Shown here: piece by piece, positions 29,936 through 40,496 of the stretch | How the letters are laid out: each line of letters opens with the position of its first letter | Position numbering within the stretch: the first letter of the stretch is position 1 | Assembly (NCBI GenBank): GCA_965231035.1 | Contig: OZ246409.1 | Location: 338,075-402,074 of the forward strand | From: an uncultured Muribaculaceae bacterium | GTDB lineage: Bacteria; Pseudomonadota; Alphaproteobacteria; Rs-D84 | Reading direction: 5' to 3' | Length of the DNA: 64,000 nt | The notes under the pieces: model-generated | What the model was told of the DNA's origin: nothing | The model's database searches: none | What the model saw: the letters and a program-made list of their open reading frames with translations, nothing else | Translations under genes and position numbers: made by a program

Positions 29936-30535
29936 ATGAAAAAATTTGTAAACTTTTTATCTGCATTCAGAATATTTGCGGCATTCGCACTTATTCCAAC
30001 AATCATGTTCCAGATGTTCTGGCTGACATTCGTAATGTATGTTTTGGCAGCGGTTTCTGATTTCTTTGACGGTTATTTGGCAAAGAAATACAAAGTCACC
30101 AGCAAAATCGGTGGTGTCTTAGATCATATTGGGGACAAGTTGTTGGTTGTAAACACGATGATACTTTTGACTATTATGATGCCAGTATGGTTTGTTCTGA
30201 TTCCTGTAATTTTGATGGTTGCACGTGAATTGTATATCAGCGGTCTGCGTGAATTTTTGGGAACACAGAAAATTGAAATGCCAGTACCAGCAGGCAGATT
30301 TTCAATGGGCAAAATCAAGACAACATTGCAAATGGTTGCGATTGGTGCATTTCTTTTGATGTTTGCTTTGGGTGCCAGCCTGACCCCAAATATGACCAGC
30401 AGAATTTTGATGTATGCAATATACTTTTTGCCATTTATTGGTGTTGGATTGTTGTGGTTATCTTTGTTGGCAAGCTTATGGTCAGCAACAGAATACACAA
30501 AAACATTTATTGAAAAGTTCAAAAAGATAAAATAA
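29936..30535 (+). CDS. pgsA: CDP-diacylglycerol--glycerol-3-phosphate 3-phosphatidyltransferase
   Basis: DFFDGYLAK...DHIGDKLL CDP-alcohol phosphatidyltransferase motif. Confidence 0.8.
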   Translation: MKKFVNFLSAFRIFAAFALIPTIMFQMFWLTFVMYVLAAVSDFFDGYLAKKYKVTSKIGGVLDHIGDKLLVVNTMILLTIMMPVWFVLIPVILMVARELYISGLREFLGTQKIEMPVPAGRFSMGKIKTTLQMVAIGAFLLMFALGASLTPNMTSRILMYAIYFLPFIGVGLLWLSLLASLWSATEYTKTFIEKFKKIK

Positions 30536-30562
30536 AAAATCCCGCGATTGCGGGATTTTTTA
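30531..30562 (+). terminator. bidirectional intrinsic terminator between pgsA and dnaJ
   Basis: Hairpin TCCCGCGATTGCGGGA flanked by an A-run and a T-run. Confidence 0.6.
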
Positions 30563-31684
30563 AAACCAATTTTTCTTATCTGGTTTTGATTCGGCAAATT
30601 CTGTTAATACTTTCTTTTGCTTTTCATTCAGTTTGGTTGGAACTTGCATATTTATTTCTAAATATAAATCACCCACGCTGCCACTGCGTCTGCCAATCGG
30701 CATACCATGCCCACGAACGCGTAATTTTTCACCGATTTGTGTCCCACTTGGAACTTTGACCGATAATTTTTTTCCATCGATTGTTTCAATTTCAACCTCG
30801 CCCCCCAGCGCAAGAGTTGTGAAAGGAACATTTTCACGTATCAATAAATCACTGCCCAACCTTGTAAACCTCTTGTCTGGACGAACACGAATATCTAAAT
30901 AGAAATCGCCAGCGGGTGCACCCATCATTCCTGCCTCGCCCTGACCTGCCAGACGTAAACGTGTTCCGTCTTCGACACCGGCTGGGATTTCAACATCAAT
31001 TGTTCTTTGTTTATGGACTGTGCCTGTACCATCACACGCAGAACATTTCTTTTTTATTTTGTGACCCAGTCCATTACAATCCGGACATGGTGTTTCCATT
31101 GCGAAAAATCCCCGTTGGGAATGAACAGTACCTGTTCCATGACATCTTTCACAAACAGGTGCAGCTTTACCATCATCAGTTCCATGACCATTACATTTTT
31201 CACATTTTACATTGCTGGAAAATTTAACAGTATGTGTTTTTCCGAGATAAGCATCACGTAAGTCAATTACGACTTCGTCCAACAAATCGCGACCCGCATT
31301 TGCGTGTTGTTGTCCACCAGCACCACCAAATCCATCAAATCCAAAACCACGCATAGCCTCGCGGATAATATCTTCCATACCTGCGCCGCCGCCCATATCA
31401 AAATGAAAACCACCATTGCCAAAAGGATTTCCACCTGTACCAGCACTTGCCCCATTACCGCCCGCAAAGGCCGCTTCGCCGAATCGGTCATACGCAGCGC
31501 GCTTTTGTGGATCGCGCAGGACATCAAAAGCATTATTTATTTCTTTGAATTTTTCTTCTGCTGCCTTGTCACCGTGATTTTTATCAGGGTGATACTTCAT
31601 AACCAGTTTATGGTAAGCCTTTTTTATATCAGCATCCGATGCATCGCGTACAACACCTAAAACTTCATAAGGATTTTTATTCAT
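30560..31684 (-). CDS. dnaJ: molecular chaperone DnaJ
   Basis: J-domain (YHPDKN); four CxxCxGxG zinc-finger repeats. Confidence 0.92.
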   Translation of the reverse strand: MNKNPYEVLGVVRDASDADIKKAYHKLVMKYHPDKNHGDKAAEEKFKEINNAFDVLRDPQKRAAYDRFGEAAFAGGNGASAGTGGNPFGNGGFHFDMGGGAGMEDIIREAMRGFGFDGFGGAGGQQHANAGRDLLDEVVIDLRDAYLGKTHTVKFSSNVKCEKCNGHGTDDGKAAPVCERCHGTGTVHSQRGFFAMETPCPDCNGLGHKIKKKCSACDGTGTVHKQRTIDVEIPAGVEDGTRLRLAGQGEAGMMGAPAGDFYLDIRVRPDKRFTRLGSDLLIRENVPFTTLALGGEVEIETIDGKKLSVKVPSGTQIGEKLRVRGHGMPIGRRSGSVGDLYLEINMQVPTKLNEKQKKVLTEFAESKPDKKNWF

Positions 31685-31780
31685 AACAACTACCTAAAAT
31701 TATCTAAAAATATTTCTTGATGGTAGTTATATAATAATTAGCACCAAATAATCAAGGGGCGATTTTCGCCCCTTTTGATT

Positions 31781-32386
31781 TTAATTACGTATATTTTCTG
31801 CTATTGTTCTAGCAAAACTTAACAAACTTTCCGTTATTATTGGTTTATAGGGTCTTGCTGTTGATATTGTTTTTGCATCATTTGAAATAATAACCGGTGT
31901 TAAACTTTCATCTTTGGCTATTTGAACAGTTTTAATGTCCGAAGCTAATGCAACTACATTTGCCCTGGGGTATTCAAATCTGAAATCTGAAAACAAGTCG
32001 GAAAGAGAAGTCTTTTCATCTGACACAATTTTATATTCATGAACAATATAATCTTTCAGCATATAATTATAATCAGGGATTTTTTTTGCATCTTTTTCTT
32101 CGGTGTATGCAATTAACTTAATTGTTCCCCTTCCAAAACCAGACAAAATATTTAAAGCTTCTTGTGAACCACAGATAAAATATTTTGCAGAATTAATGTT
32201 TTCAAGATAGCTTTTTAAAAAACCAATTTTATTAAGGTGCAATAACACTCTTGTCTTAAAAGCGCCGTATTTTTTAACAAGTTGATATTTCTGGGAAAAT
32301 TTAGAATCAAAAAAAATAATTTTTGATGGGTCAAACAGAATTATCGTCCTCATATGATAGTCTATACCATCAACCGGTTTTGGCAT
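31781..32386 (-). CDS. hypothetical protein
   Basis: 201 aa with no confident family assignment. Confidence 0.35.
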   Translation of the reverse strand: MPKPVDGIDYHMRTIILFDPSKIIFFDSKFSQKYQLVKKYGAFKTRVLLHLNKIGFLKSYLENINSAKYFICGSQEALNILSGFGRGTIKLIAYTEEKDAKKIPDYNYMLKDYIVHEYKIVSDEKTSLSDLFSDFRFEYPRANVVALASDIKTVQIAKDESLTPVIISNDAKTISTARPYKPIITESLLSFARTIAENIRN

Positions 32387-32492
32387 TTTTTACCTCTTTA
32401 TTCAATATTATTAGACAAATTATAATTTATGTCAATTAGAAATTTAAATTTCATACTTGCTTGAAATCAAATAATGTTTTAATAATTAGGCC

Positions 32493-34472
32493 ATGGTTGA
32501 AAAAATTAATCACTCCTATGACGCATCAGATATACAAGTACTCGAAGGTCTGGAACCAGTTCGCCTTCGTCCTGGTATGTATATCGGTGGTACTGATGAA
32601 AAAGCATGGCACCACCTGCCTATTGAAATTCTGGACAACTCGATTGACGAGGCTGTCGCTGGTTTTGCTAAAAAAATCACGGTAAATCTGATAGATAGTA
32701 AAACTATTGAGATTACAGACGATGGTCGTGGTATTCCTGTCGATGAACATCCAAAGTATCCTGGCAAATCGGCTTTGGAAATTATTTTTACATCACTTCA
32801 TTCCGGTGGAAAGTTTAACAACAATGTTTATAAAACCAGTGGTGGGTTGCACGGTGTGGGCAGTTCCGTTGTAAATGCACTGTCTTCGGAAATGGTTGTT
32901 TTGGTTTCACGTGATGGATTTGTTTGGAAACAAACTTTTTCCCGCGGTAAAACCACCAGCCCAATTACCAAGAGTGAAGCAACAAAAAATCATGGAACAT
33001 CTATTCGATTCACATTAGATGATCAAATATTCGGCAGTGGTGCAACATTTAAACCTTTGAAAATTTATCGTATGGCACGTGCCAAGGCTTTCTTGTCCAG
33101 TGGTGTTCGTGTTGAATGGAAATGTAATCCAAGTCTTTTGACCGAAGATATGAATATCAACCCAGAAACAACATTCTATTATCCAAATGGTGTGGCTGAT
33201 TTCTTAGAAGAAAAAACAAATTCTAAACCACACATTTTGCCAAAGATTTTTAGTGGCAGTGTTGATTTTCCAGATGATTCTGGTCATGTTGAATGGGCAT
33301 TAACATTTTTAACAGATGAAAACGGTGCCGCATCTGATGATGGATTCTTTGCCAGCTATTGCAATACAATTTCAACAATTGACGGTGGAACACATGAATC
33401 TGGATTCAAATCTGCAATAACACGCGGTTTGAAAAACTATGGCGAAAAAATAAACAATAAAGCAGCGGCAAATATTATCGGTGAAGATGTTTTCGATTCG
33501 GCTGCCGCGATTGTTTCAGTATTTTATAAATCTCCACAATTTTTGGGACAAACGAAAGAAAAACTTTCAAATCCGGAAATAGCCAGATTTACAGAAAATG
33601 CGTTGCGTGATCCCTGGGAAATTTTCTTGGCATCAGATCCAAAAACTGCAAATGCAATTTTAGATTTTGTAATTAATTTAGCAAATGCACGTATAAAAAC
33701 GAAACAGGTCAAAGATATCGCACGTAAAACACCAACTAAGCGTGCACGTATGCCACATAAACTGGCAGATTGTTCTAAACACGGTATTGCTGGAACTGAA
33801 TTGTTCTTGGTCGAAGGTGAATCAGCCGGTGGAACCGCCAAACAAGCACGCGATAGAAACACCCAGGCAATTATGCCGTTACGTGGTAAAGTTTTAAATG
33901 TTCTGTCTAATTCTGACGAACGTTTCAAAGATAACAAAGAATTGAATGAATTAATTGATATTATCGGTGCTGGAACTGCGCGGGATTGGGATGAATCAAA
34001 ACTGCGTTATGAAAAAATTGTCATAATGACCGATGCGGATGTTGATGGCAGTCATATTGCATCTTTGCTGATGGGATTTTTCTATCAATTTATGCCTCAA
34101 TTGATTCATGATGGACATTTATATTTATCTTGTCCTCCTCTTTATAAGATAACTCATGGGGCAGATTCAATTTATGTTGACACCGATGAAGAATTGGAAG
34201 AGTTGAAGAATACTAAATATAAAAATAAAAAAATTGAAATATCTCGATTCAAAGGTCTTGGTGAAATGATGCCAAATCAGTTAAAAGAAACGACAATGTC
34301 ACCAAAAACTCGCCGATTGATAAGGGTTGTATTACCATCAAAAAACGAAGAAGGATTCGAAGATACTGAAAAAACAAAAGTTTTGGTTTCCGAATTGTTG
34401 GGTAAAAAACCAGAATTCCGTTTCAAGTTCATAACAGAACACGCAAAGTTTGTAAAAGATTTGTTTGTTTAA
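32493..34472 (+). CDS. parE: type IIA topoisomerase ATPase subunit, ParE-like (topoisomerase IV subunit B) by length
   Basis: 659 aa with GHKL ATPase, TOPRIM (EGDSAGG) and C-terminal domain. Shorter than a typical GyrB. Confidence 0.8.
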   Translation: MVEKINHSYDASDIQVLEGLEPVRLRPGMYIGGTDEKAWHHLPIEILDNSIDEAVAGFAKKITVNLIDSKTIEITDDGRGIPVDEHPKYPGKSALEIIFTSLHSGGKFNNNVYKTSGGLHGVGSSVVNALSSEMVVLVSRDGFVWKQTFSRGKTTSPITKSEATKNHGTSIRFTLDDQIFGSGATFKPLKIYRMARAKAFLSSGVRVEWKCNPSLLTEDMNINPETTFYYPNGVADFLEEKTNSKPHILPKIFSGSVDFPDDSGHVEWALTFLTDENGAASDDGFFASYCNTISTIDGGTHESGFKSAITRGLKNYGEKINNKAAANIIGEDVFDSAAAIVSVFYKSPQFLGQTKEKLSNPEIARFTENALRDPWEIFLASDPKTANAILDFVINLANARIKTKQVKDIARKTPTKRARMPHKLADCSKHGIAGTELFLVEGESAGGTAKQARDRNTQAIMPLRGKVLNVLSNSDERFKDNKELNELIDIIGAGTARDWDESKLRYEKIVIMTDADVDGSHIASLLMGFFYQFMPQLIHDGHLYLSCPPLYKITHGADSIYVDTDEELEELKNTKYKNKKIEISRFKGLGEMMPNQLKETTMSPKTRRLIRVVLPSKNEEGFEDTEKTKVLVSELLGKKPEFRFKFITEHAKFVKDLFV

Positions 34473-34498
34473 AAAACCGCCACTTGGCGGTTTTTTTA
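34470..34498 (+). terminator. intrinsic terminator after parE
   Basis: Hairpin CCGCCACTTGGCGG followed by TTTTTTT. Confidence 0.6.
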
Positions 34499-35770
34499 TT
34501 TAATTCCAACTGTGAATTCATCATCCCAGCCTGCGACAACTTGGCCACCGACTGTACAACTGATATCTTCAAATCCATTTTCAGTTTGATTCTTTTTGAT
34601 AATGCTGCTGGTTATTAACCCACCTGCAGTTCCCAACACTACACCAGCAACAGAATCTGATACCAAGCGTGCCTTGTTAAAATTGCCTTCTTTGTCAGTC
34701 CAGACACTTTTTTTACTAAAATTCGACATAACACCGTTTATATCATTCGCAAAAGACTTAATTTTACTTTCTGAATTAGTAACACCCGTAGTTTTTTCAT
34801 CCTCGTACTTTTTAATCAGAAGTTTAAGTTTTAATATATCGTTATCAAGATTGAATTGAGCAATATTGTTAGAATTTTCTTTACATTCATCCAATATTTT
34901 TTCAATCAATGAAGATATATCTTTATCATTAGAATATTGTATAGCCTCACTTTGTAGCCAATCTATTGTCTCATTTCTGCATTGTGCCGACTTTTTAACA
35001 CACTGAGAACCATTCCAAAATAATTCACCAGATTTACCACAATCACAAGTATTTTTAGTGATATTCCAAGAACCCCCTGCATTTATACACTTCCTTTTGA
35101 TAGCTTCTAACTTAGAGTTATCTTCCTGTTGTTTTTTATTTTTCGCTGCGTCATTTAAACTTTTATCATCACACCAAATTAAGGTAGTTATATTATTACT
35201 TATGTTAATTTGTTTTTGAACAGCACCTTTTGGACATTTGTTACTACATTGGTCAGAAGATGTTAAATAAAAGTTATCATGACTACCATAACGACTTTCC
35301 GGACAACCATTATAGTAAGTAAAATCCATATTAACATCATTTGTTGTTTTTGGTTCACCATCTTGAGAAACAGCAAAAGGTAACAAGGATTTTGGAGTAA
35401 TATTATAATCTGCTGATGGTGATAAGAAATTACTTGTGTTAAATTGTAATCCAAAGGTATCGTTCGTTACCCAACTTCCATTTTTACATACAACTACAAT
35501 ATTTGCAGCAACAGGAAAAGAAGAACCATTTTTGATATTATAAGCCACCGCACCCATCTTAGTTGCAACATCCTGCAAATTTTGCGTATTATATCTTGCA
35601 CAGAAAACTACCACTTTTTGACCAAAATTATCAACTACATAACCATCATTCTGATTTTGATCTTTTACAATTGTTGGTTTGGAAGGTAATTGTATAATAA
35701 AATTTGCATTTGCAACTTCTATAATACCGAGCAACGCTAAAAAAACTGAAAAAAATGCTAATTTTCTCAT
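34496..35770 (-). CDS. large secreted Cys-rich, Asn-rich hypothetical protein
   Basis: Signal peptide (MRKLAFFSVFLALLGIIEVANA), GGAGA RBS, multiple Cys pairs. Confidence 0.5.
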   Translation of the reverse strand: MRKLAFFSVFLALLGIIEVANANFIIQLPSKPTIVKDQNQNDGYVVDNFGQKVVVFCARYNTQNLQDVATKMGAVAYNIKNGSSFPVAANIVVVCKNGSWVTNDTFGLQFNTSNFLSPSADYNITPKSLLPFAVSQDGEPKTTNDVNMDFTYYNGCPESRYGSHDNFYLTSSDQCSNKCPKGAVQKQINISNNITTLIWCDDKSLNDAAKNKKQQEDNSKLEAIKRKCINAGGSWNITKNTCDCGKSGELFWNGSQCVKKSAQCRNETIDWLQSEAIQYSNDKDISSLIEKILDECKENSNNIAQFNLDNDILKLKLLIKKYEDEKTTGVTNSESKIKSFANDINGVMSNFSKKSVWTDKEGNFNKARLVSDSVAGVVLGTAGGLITSSIIKKNQTENGFEDISCTVGGQVVAGWDDEFTVGIK

Positions 35771-35846
35771 CACAAAATCTCCATGTTGATAGTATAATTG
35801 TATCATAAATTCAATGGAATAAAAAGAGATAATTAGATATTTGATT

Positions 35847-37124
35847 TTATCTGCATTCTTCAATCATTTGATCGATTTGTGCGCCCAGAATCAAGTCAGA
35901 TGTACGTGCCTTGTCAATTTGGGACATTGCGTATAAAACTGTCGCATGGTCACGATCACCACAAACACGACCAATTTCAGTCAAAGAAAGTTTTGTGGCC
36001 GATTTCAATGCCACCATCATTATTTGACGAGTGCGAACCAAAGTGCGATTACGACCATTTCCACAAACAGCATCGTAAGATACACCCAACTTTTCACACA
36101 TAGATTTTACCATAGAAAGTGGGGTTTTATTTTTTTGCAATGTGTCAGACAACAACTTTTCAGCAATTTCAATTGTAACGCGTTCGTTCATCAATTCAGA
36201 ATATGTTTTTATTTTTTTGGCAACGCCATTAATTAAATGCCCATCACCTGCAATTCTAGAAGATAATAATTCAGCAACATCTAAACCAACACCATTACGA
36301 ACCAACATTGTTTTTTTGACATTTTTATTTTGTGCTGAAATATCTGCAACCAAACCAGATGCCAACAAAGATTGTAAACGACGATCAAAACCAGTTAAAT
36401 TTGCAGGTGCAGCATTTGCAGTCAGAACAATATTTTTATGTGTGCCACGCAAATCCATAATCAAATTTAAAAATTCTTCTGTTGTAGCATTCTTGCCAGC
36501 CAAAACATGAACATCATCCAAGATAAAAGTATCACAATTACGACAAAAATCCTTGAAAGCGAAAACTGAACGTTCTGAAATTGCACGTGCAAATTCAGAA
36601 ACAAACTGAGACCCAGTCATCATCAGTGTGCGACCCTTGGCTTCTGCATTTATACAGTCCGCCAGCAGGCTTTTGCCACAGCCGGTCGGACCATATAAAA
36701 ACAACGGAGAAAATGATGCAGAACCAGATGCAAGCTTTTTACAAGCCGATAAAACAAATGAATTTTCGTCTGAATTTATAAAATTATCAAAAGCAACTGA
36801 TGGTGATGAAACAGTTACAGGAATAAAAGATTTTTTTTCACTGTTGTCATTTGCAGAAAAGGTTACGCTGCCTGATGAAACACCTGTTCCAATATAAAGA
36901 GATAAATTAAAATCCGCGGCTACGGATTGTAAAATATTTAAATAAACACTTTTTAAAAAGTCAGCTGAAAATTGATTTGGTGCAATCAAAGAAAGAGTTG
37001 TATCGGAAACGTCAAATTTTAACGGTGAAATCCAAGAACTGAAACTTGCAGAATCCATCTTCGATGCTATTGACATTTTTACAGATTCCACATCAGTCAT
37101 CAGTTTCTTTGCCATTACCTGCAT
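35847..37124 (-). CDS. dnaA: chromosomal replication initiator DnaA
   Basis: AAA+ Walker A GPTGCGKS; C-terminal domain IV (LTEIGRVCG.RDHATVL). Confidence 0.85.
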   Translation of the reverse strand: MQVMAKKLMTDVESVKMSIASKMDSASFSSWISPLKFDVSDTTLSLIAPNQFSADFLKSVYLNILQSVAADFNLSLYIGTGVSSGSVTFSANDNSEKKSFIPVTVSSPSVAFDNFINSDENSFVLSACKKLASGSASFSPLFLYGPTGCGKSLLADCINAEAKGRTLMMTGSQFVSEFARAISERSVFAFKDFCRNCDTFILDDVHVLAGKNATTEEFLNLIMDLRGTHKNIVLTANAAPANLTGFDRRLQSLLASGLVADISAQNKNVKKTMLVRNGVGLDVAELLSSRIAGDGHLINGVAKKIKTYSELMNERVTIEIAEKLLSDTLQKNKTPLSMVKSMCEKLGVSYDAVCGNGRNRTLVRTRQIMMVALKSATKLSLTEIGRVCGDRDHATVLYAMSQIDKARTSDLILGAQIDQMIEECR

Positions 37125-37428
37125 GCCGTTTCTCCTTTCCTTCCTGCGAATAGTTTTTGACTATTCAAAAGAGTTCCTCTGCCGCACAAAATATAAAAAC
37201 CACCCAGATAAACTTATAAATTAATTTATAATCTAGTTTTTCTAAATTGATTCTTTATATTTTTGAGATTGATTTCTCAACCGCTTGGATACGACAGTTA
37301 AGTTATAAGATAATTTTTGATTTGCAACTTTTTCTTAAAGTTTTTTTTTACATTTATTTTTTGACACCGATTCGGTTTTTAACCAGATTTCTGCATCCTG
37401 TATAGACATTGTATTGACAACAAAAGTA

Positions 37429-38448
37429 CTATATTTTTACGTACCCACCATCTTGTTTTCTTATCAAACCTTGTAATTCCAAGATTACTAATTCAGTTTT
37501 AATTTCCGAAATGTTTTTTTTGACAAGTTCTGCCAATACAGATTCCGACACTGGAACAATTCCTAATTTATCCAAAAGGTTATTTTCGACCTCTTTTTTA
37601 TCTAAATTTTTTTTGGCTTTTTTATCATCTGAATATTCAAAAAAATCTTTTTCACCAGTACATAATTTTGCAAAACCTTTTTGAATCAACTCATTTGGTC
37701 CAGCAGACCGAGAGTCTGAAGGATGCGAAGGTATTGCAAACAGCTGTTTTCCGTACTCCAAAGCGAATCGTGCGGTTGTCATACTGCCCGATTTAAGATC
37801 AGCTTCGCCTAATATTAACTTATCACAAAGCCCTGCAATCCAACGATTTCTTTGAACAAAGTTACTTGCTGTTGGTTGTATTCCAACTGGCATTTCACTT
37901 ATTACCGCACCATGTTCTATTATTTCGTAATACAACGATTCGTTTTCCAATGGCCATATATAATCAACACCACCTGCCAATACTGCAATCGTTTCCGAAT
38001 CGCCGTTTACACGCAAAGCACCCATATGTGCTGCTGTGTCAGTTCCAATGGCCATACCAGATACAACTGCATAATTATTTTTTGCAAAAGATTCTGCCAG
38101 GTCAGACATAAATTTTATACCTGCACCTGTTGCATGACGTGTTCCAACCATTGACACCAATTGTTTTTTGAAAACAGAAACATTTCCACGAACACTTATA
38201 ACTGGGGGATGATTTTTTATTTCAAATAAGCTTTTCGGATAATCAGAATCTTCATCAGATAAATATTTTATTCCTAATTTTTCCGAAGTTTCAATTTCTC
38301 TTTTTACAGAGTCTTTTAATTTTTCATCCCAAGATAAAGATTCAAAAACGGTTTTTACACTTCCAAATTTATGGATTAGTTCATTATACTTTGCTGGTCC
38401 AATACCAGGGGTTCTTAATATTAATAATTTCTTAAATATTTCTTCCAT
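37429..38448 (-). CDS. dprA: DNA processing protein DprA/Smf
   Basis: Rossmann-like core (VVSGMAIGTDTAAH) and C-terminal winged helix. Confidence 0.8.
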   Translation of the reverse strand: MEEIFKKLLILRTPGIGPAKYNELIHKFGSVKTVFESLSWDEKLKDSVKREIETSEKLGIKYLSDEDSDYPKSLFEIKNHPPVISVRGNVSVFKKQLVSMVGTRHATGAGIKFMSDLAESFAKNNYAVVSGMAIGTDTAAHMGALRVNGDSETIAVLAGGVDYIWPLENESLYYEIIEHGAVISEMPVGIQPTASNFVQRNRWIAGLCDKLILGEADLKSGSMTTARFALEYGKQLFAIPSHPSDSRSAGPNELIQKGFAKLCTGEKDFFEYSDDKKAKKNLDKKEVENNLLDKLGIVPVSESVLAELVKKNISEIKTELVILELQGLIRKQDGGYVKI

Positions 38449-38499
38449 AGCATTTTATTATAAAGTGTTTGCCAATATCTTAAAAGTTAAATTATTATA

Positions 38500-38530
38500 A
38501 AAAAATCGCACAAAAAACTGTGCGATTTTA
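38500..38530 (-). terminator. intrinsic terminator
   Basis: Hairpin TCGCACAAAAAACTGTGCGA with a T-run on the minus strand. Confidence 0.5.
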
Positions 38531-38550
38531 ATAAATACTTTTGATTTTTA

Positions 38551-39402
38551 TTATTTTTTCGTTTCTGTCGTTGCTGTAGAGGTTATTGTTTTTGTAGACT
38601 CTGCATCCAACTTGATGATTACGGACAACCAACTTGCATAATCTATATTTTTGCATTCTTCTGGCTTTTTAGATTGATCAACCGATGTCCAAACATCGTT
38701 TTCACATTCTTTTTGCAAATCTTGCAAACTGGTCTTAAATTTTTCGTATTGTTTACTATCATCTTTTTTCAAAGCCAACAACTGTGAACGTTTCAAATCT
38801 TCATCTTTAAGATTTTTATATTTCTGTCCTTCAACTTTGCCGCCAATCATTTGATTTCCAAATAATTCCATAGCACCAACACCAACACCTGCGCCACCAA
38901 CAACACCTGCAACTGTTCCCCATGTTCTGGCGGATTTTTTTGCATCTAAAATACGATTTTTTATTTTGCTGCTGTCTGCCCAACTGCCACAAACTATACT
39001 TTGTCCCATTGGATAATAAACTGGTGCAATATCAGATACATTGATTTTTGAATCAGAAGATTTTAATGTTACACGAACAAAACAAATATTATTATCTGCA
39101 TTTTCTGTATCTTCAACCATAGAATTATAATTGGATGTATCACTGTACTTAGAAGCCCAAACAAATGTATTTCCAACACCAATATTATTACTCATACAGG
39201 CTTGTTTTTTTTGATCTGTTGCCGTTGTTGTTGCTGTTGTAGTTGTTGTAGTTGTTGCACGAACTTGGTTCTGTGCAGCAGCAGTTGCACGTTGTGCACT
39301 GCCCCACTGAGCTGCCTGACTACGACGATCTGTTGATGGCGCAGCTGCAAAAGCAGACGAAGCAACAAAAGCAATTGTCAAAAAAGAAATTAATTTTTTC
39401 AT
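38551..39402 (-). CDS. secreted hypothetical protein with poly-Thr tract
   Basis: Signal peptide; TTTTTTTATTTAT low-complexity tract. Confidence 0.45.
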   Translation of the reverse strand: MKKLISFLTIAFVASSAFAAAPSTDRRSQAAQWGSAQRATAAAQNQVRATTTTTTTATTTATDQKKQACMSNNIGVGNTFVWASKYSDTSNYNSMVEDTENADNNICFVRVTLKSSDSKINVSDIAPVYYPMGQSIVCGSWADSSKIKNRILDAKKSARTWGTVAGVVGGAGVGVGAMELFGNQMIGGKVEGQKYKNLKDEDLKRSQLLALKKDDSKQYEKFKTSLQDLQKECENDVWTSVDQSKKPEECKNIDYASWLSVIIKLDAESTKTITSTATTETKK

Positions 39403-39502
39403 ATCACATCCCTATTCTATGATGGTTCCATTGTATCACAAAATGACCCAATAATAAAGTAAAAATAAATAAATTATAAAAAACCGTGCGATGCACGGTT
39501 AA

Positions 39503-40090
39503 TTATTTTTTCCACTTCCATTCGACTTTGGATTCTGTTCCATTAATAAGTCTTTTTATATTTTCTTTATGACGCCATAAACAAAGTACCGATATTGCTA
39601 TGAATACAAGTCCAACGTTAAAACTGATTGCAAAACCCAAAAATGGTATTACCAAGAATCCTACAATCGCACCTGCTGATGAATATCCTGTTAAAAATGC
39701 AATCATCAGCCATTCTATACCACATACTACAAATGATACTGGGCTGATTGCCAACAAAACACCAAACATTGATGAATTTCCTTTTCCACCCTTAAAGCCC
39801 AACCATATCGGATAGCAATGACCAACAATAGAAAAGAATCCCATCAGTGCCGCAAAGGTTTCACCAACCATTAAATATCCTAAAATAACAGCAACTATTG
39901 ATTTTGCCATATCCAGCAACCAAACCAATCCTGCCAGCTTTAATCCCCCAACACGCATTGCATTTGTCGCGCCAATGTTACCACTGCCAACTTTTCTTAA
40001 ATCACCTTTGCCTGCCGCTTTGGTTATCAATAACCCAAAAGGTATGCTGCCCAAAAGATACGCTATAATTATTCCAAGTATGTAGATCAT
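39503..40090 (-). CDS. plsY: glycerol-3-phosphate acyltransferase PlsY
   Basis: GSGNIGATNAMR motif; polytopic; 195 aa. Confidence 0.85.
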   Translation of the reverse strand: MIYILGIIIAYLLGSIPFGLLITKAAGKGDLRKVGSGNIGATNAMRVGGLKLAGLVWLLDMAKSIVAVILGYLMVGETFAALMGFFSIVGHCYPIWLGFKGGKGNSSMFGVLLAISPVSFVVCGIEWLMIAFLTGYSSAGAIVGFLVIPFLGFAISFNVGLVFIAISVLCLWRHKENIKRLINGTESKVEWKWKK

Positions 40091-40163
40091 TTTATTTTCC
40101 CTTGATTTTGTGTTCTATTTCTATAAAATATCAAAATGTATAAATAAATAAAAGGAAAATAAA

Positions 40164-40424
40164 GTGGCAAACCATAAGTCAGCAAAAAAAAGAGTTTTGG
40201 TAACAGCAAAAAAGAATGCTGTTAATACTGCACGTCGTTCTTCTGTTAAAACAGCTACAAAGAAAGCTTTGAAAACAATCGAATCCGGCGATAAAAAAGT
40301 AGCAATCGAAGCAGTACGTAATGCAGAATCAAAAATTATGAAAGCTGCATGCAAAACTATGCCAAAGAAACGTGCCAGTCGTAAGGTTTCACGTTTGGTA
40401 AAAAACTTAAACAAAACAAAATAA
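40164..40424 (+). CDS. rpsT: 30S ribosomal protein S20
   Basis: MANHKSAKKR... basic 86-aa protein. Confidence 0.9.
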   Translation: MANHKSAKKRVLVTAKKNAVNTARRSSVKTATKKALKTIESGDKKVAIEAVRNAESKIMKAACKTMPKKRASRKVSRLVKNLNKTK

Positions 40425-40442
40425 TTGTTTTTTTTAAATTAA

Positions 40443-40478
40443 TAAAAAACATCGGGATTAATTTCCCGATGTTTTTTG
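40443..40478 (+). terminator. intrinsic terminator after rpsT
   Basis: Hairpin CATCGGGATTAATTTCCCGATG followed by TTTTTT. Confidence 0.65.
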
Positions 40479-40496
40479 TTTGTATTATAATTCTAA

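Noticed and set aside
32461-32685. Short ORF overlapping the parE start, and antisense ORFs 32516..32767
   Set aside because: Out of frame with or antisense to the type II topoisomerase gene; no support.
37125-37428. AT-rich 300-bp region upstream of dnaA considered as oriC
   Set aside because: I could not find clear TTATCCACA-type DnaA boxes by eye, and dnaN is not adjacent. Possible, but unsupported without a DnaA-box scan or GC-skew analysis.
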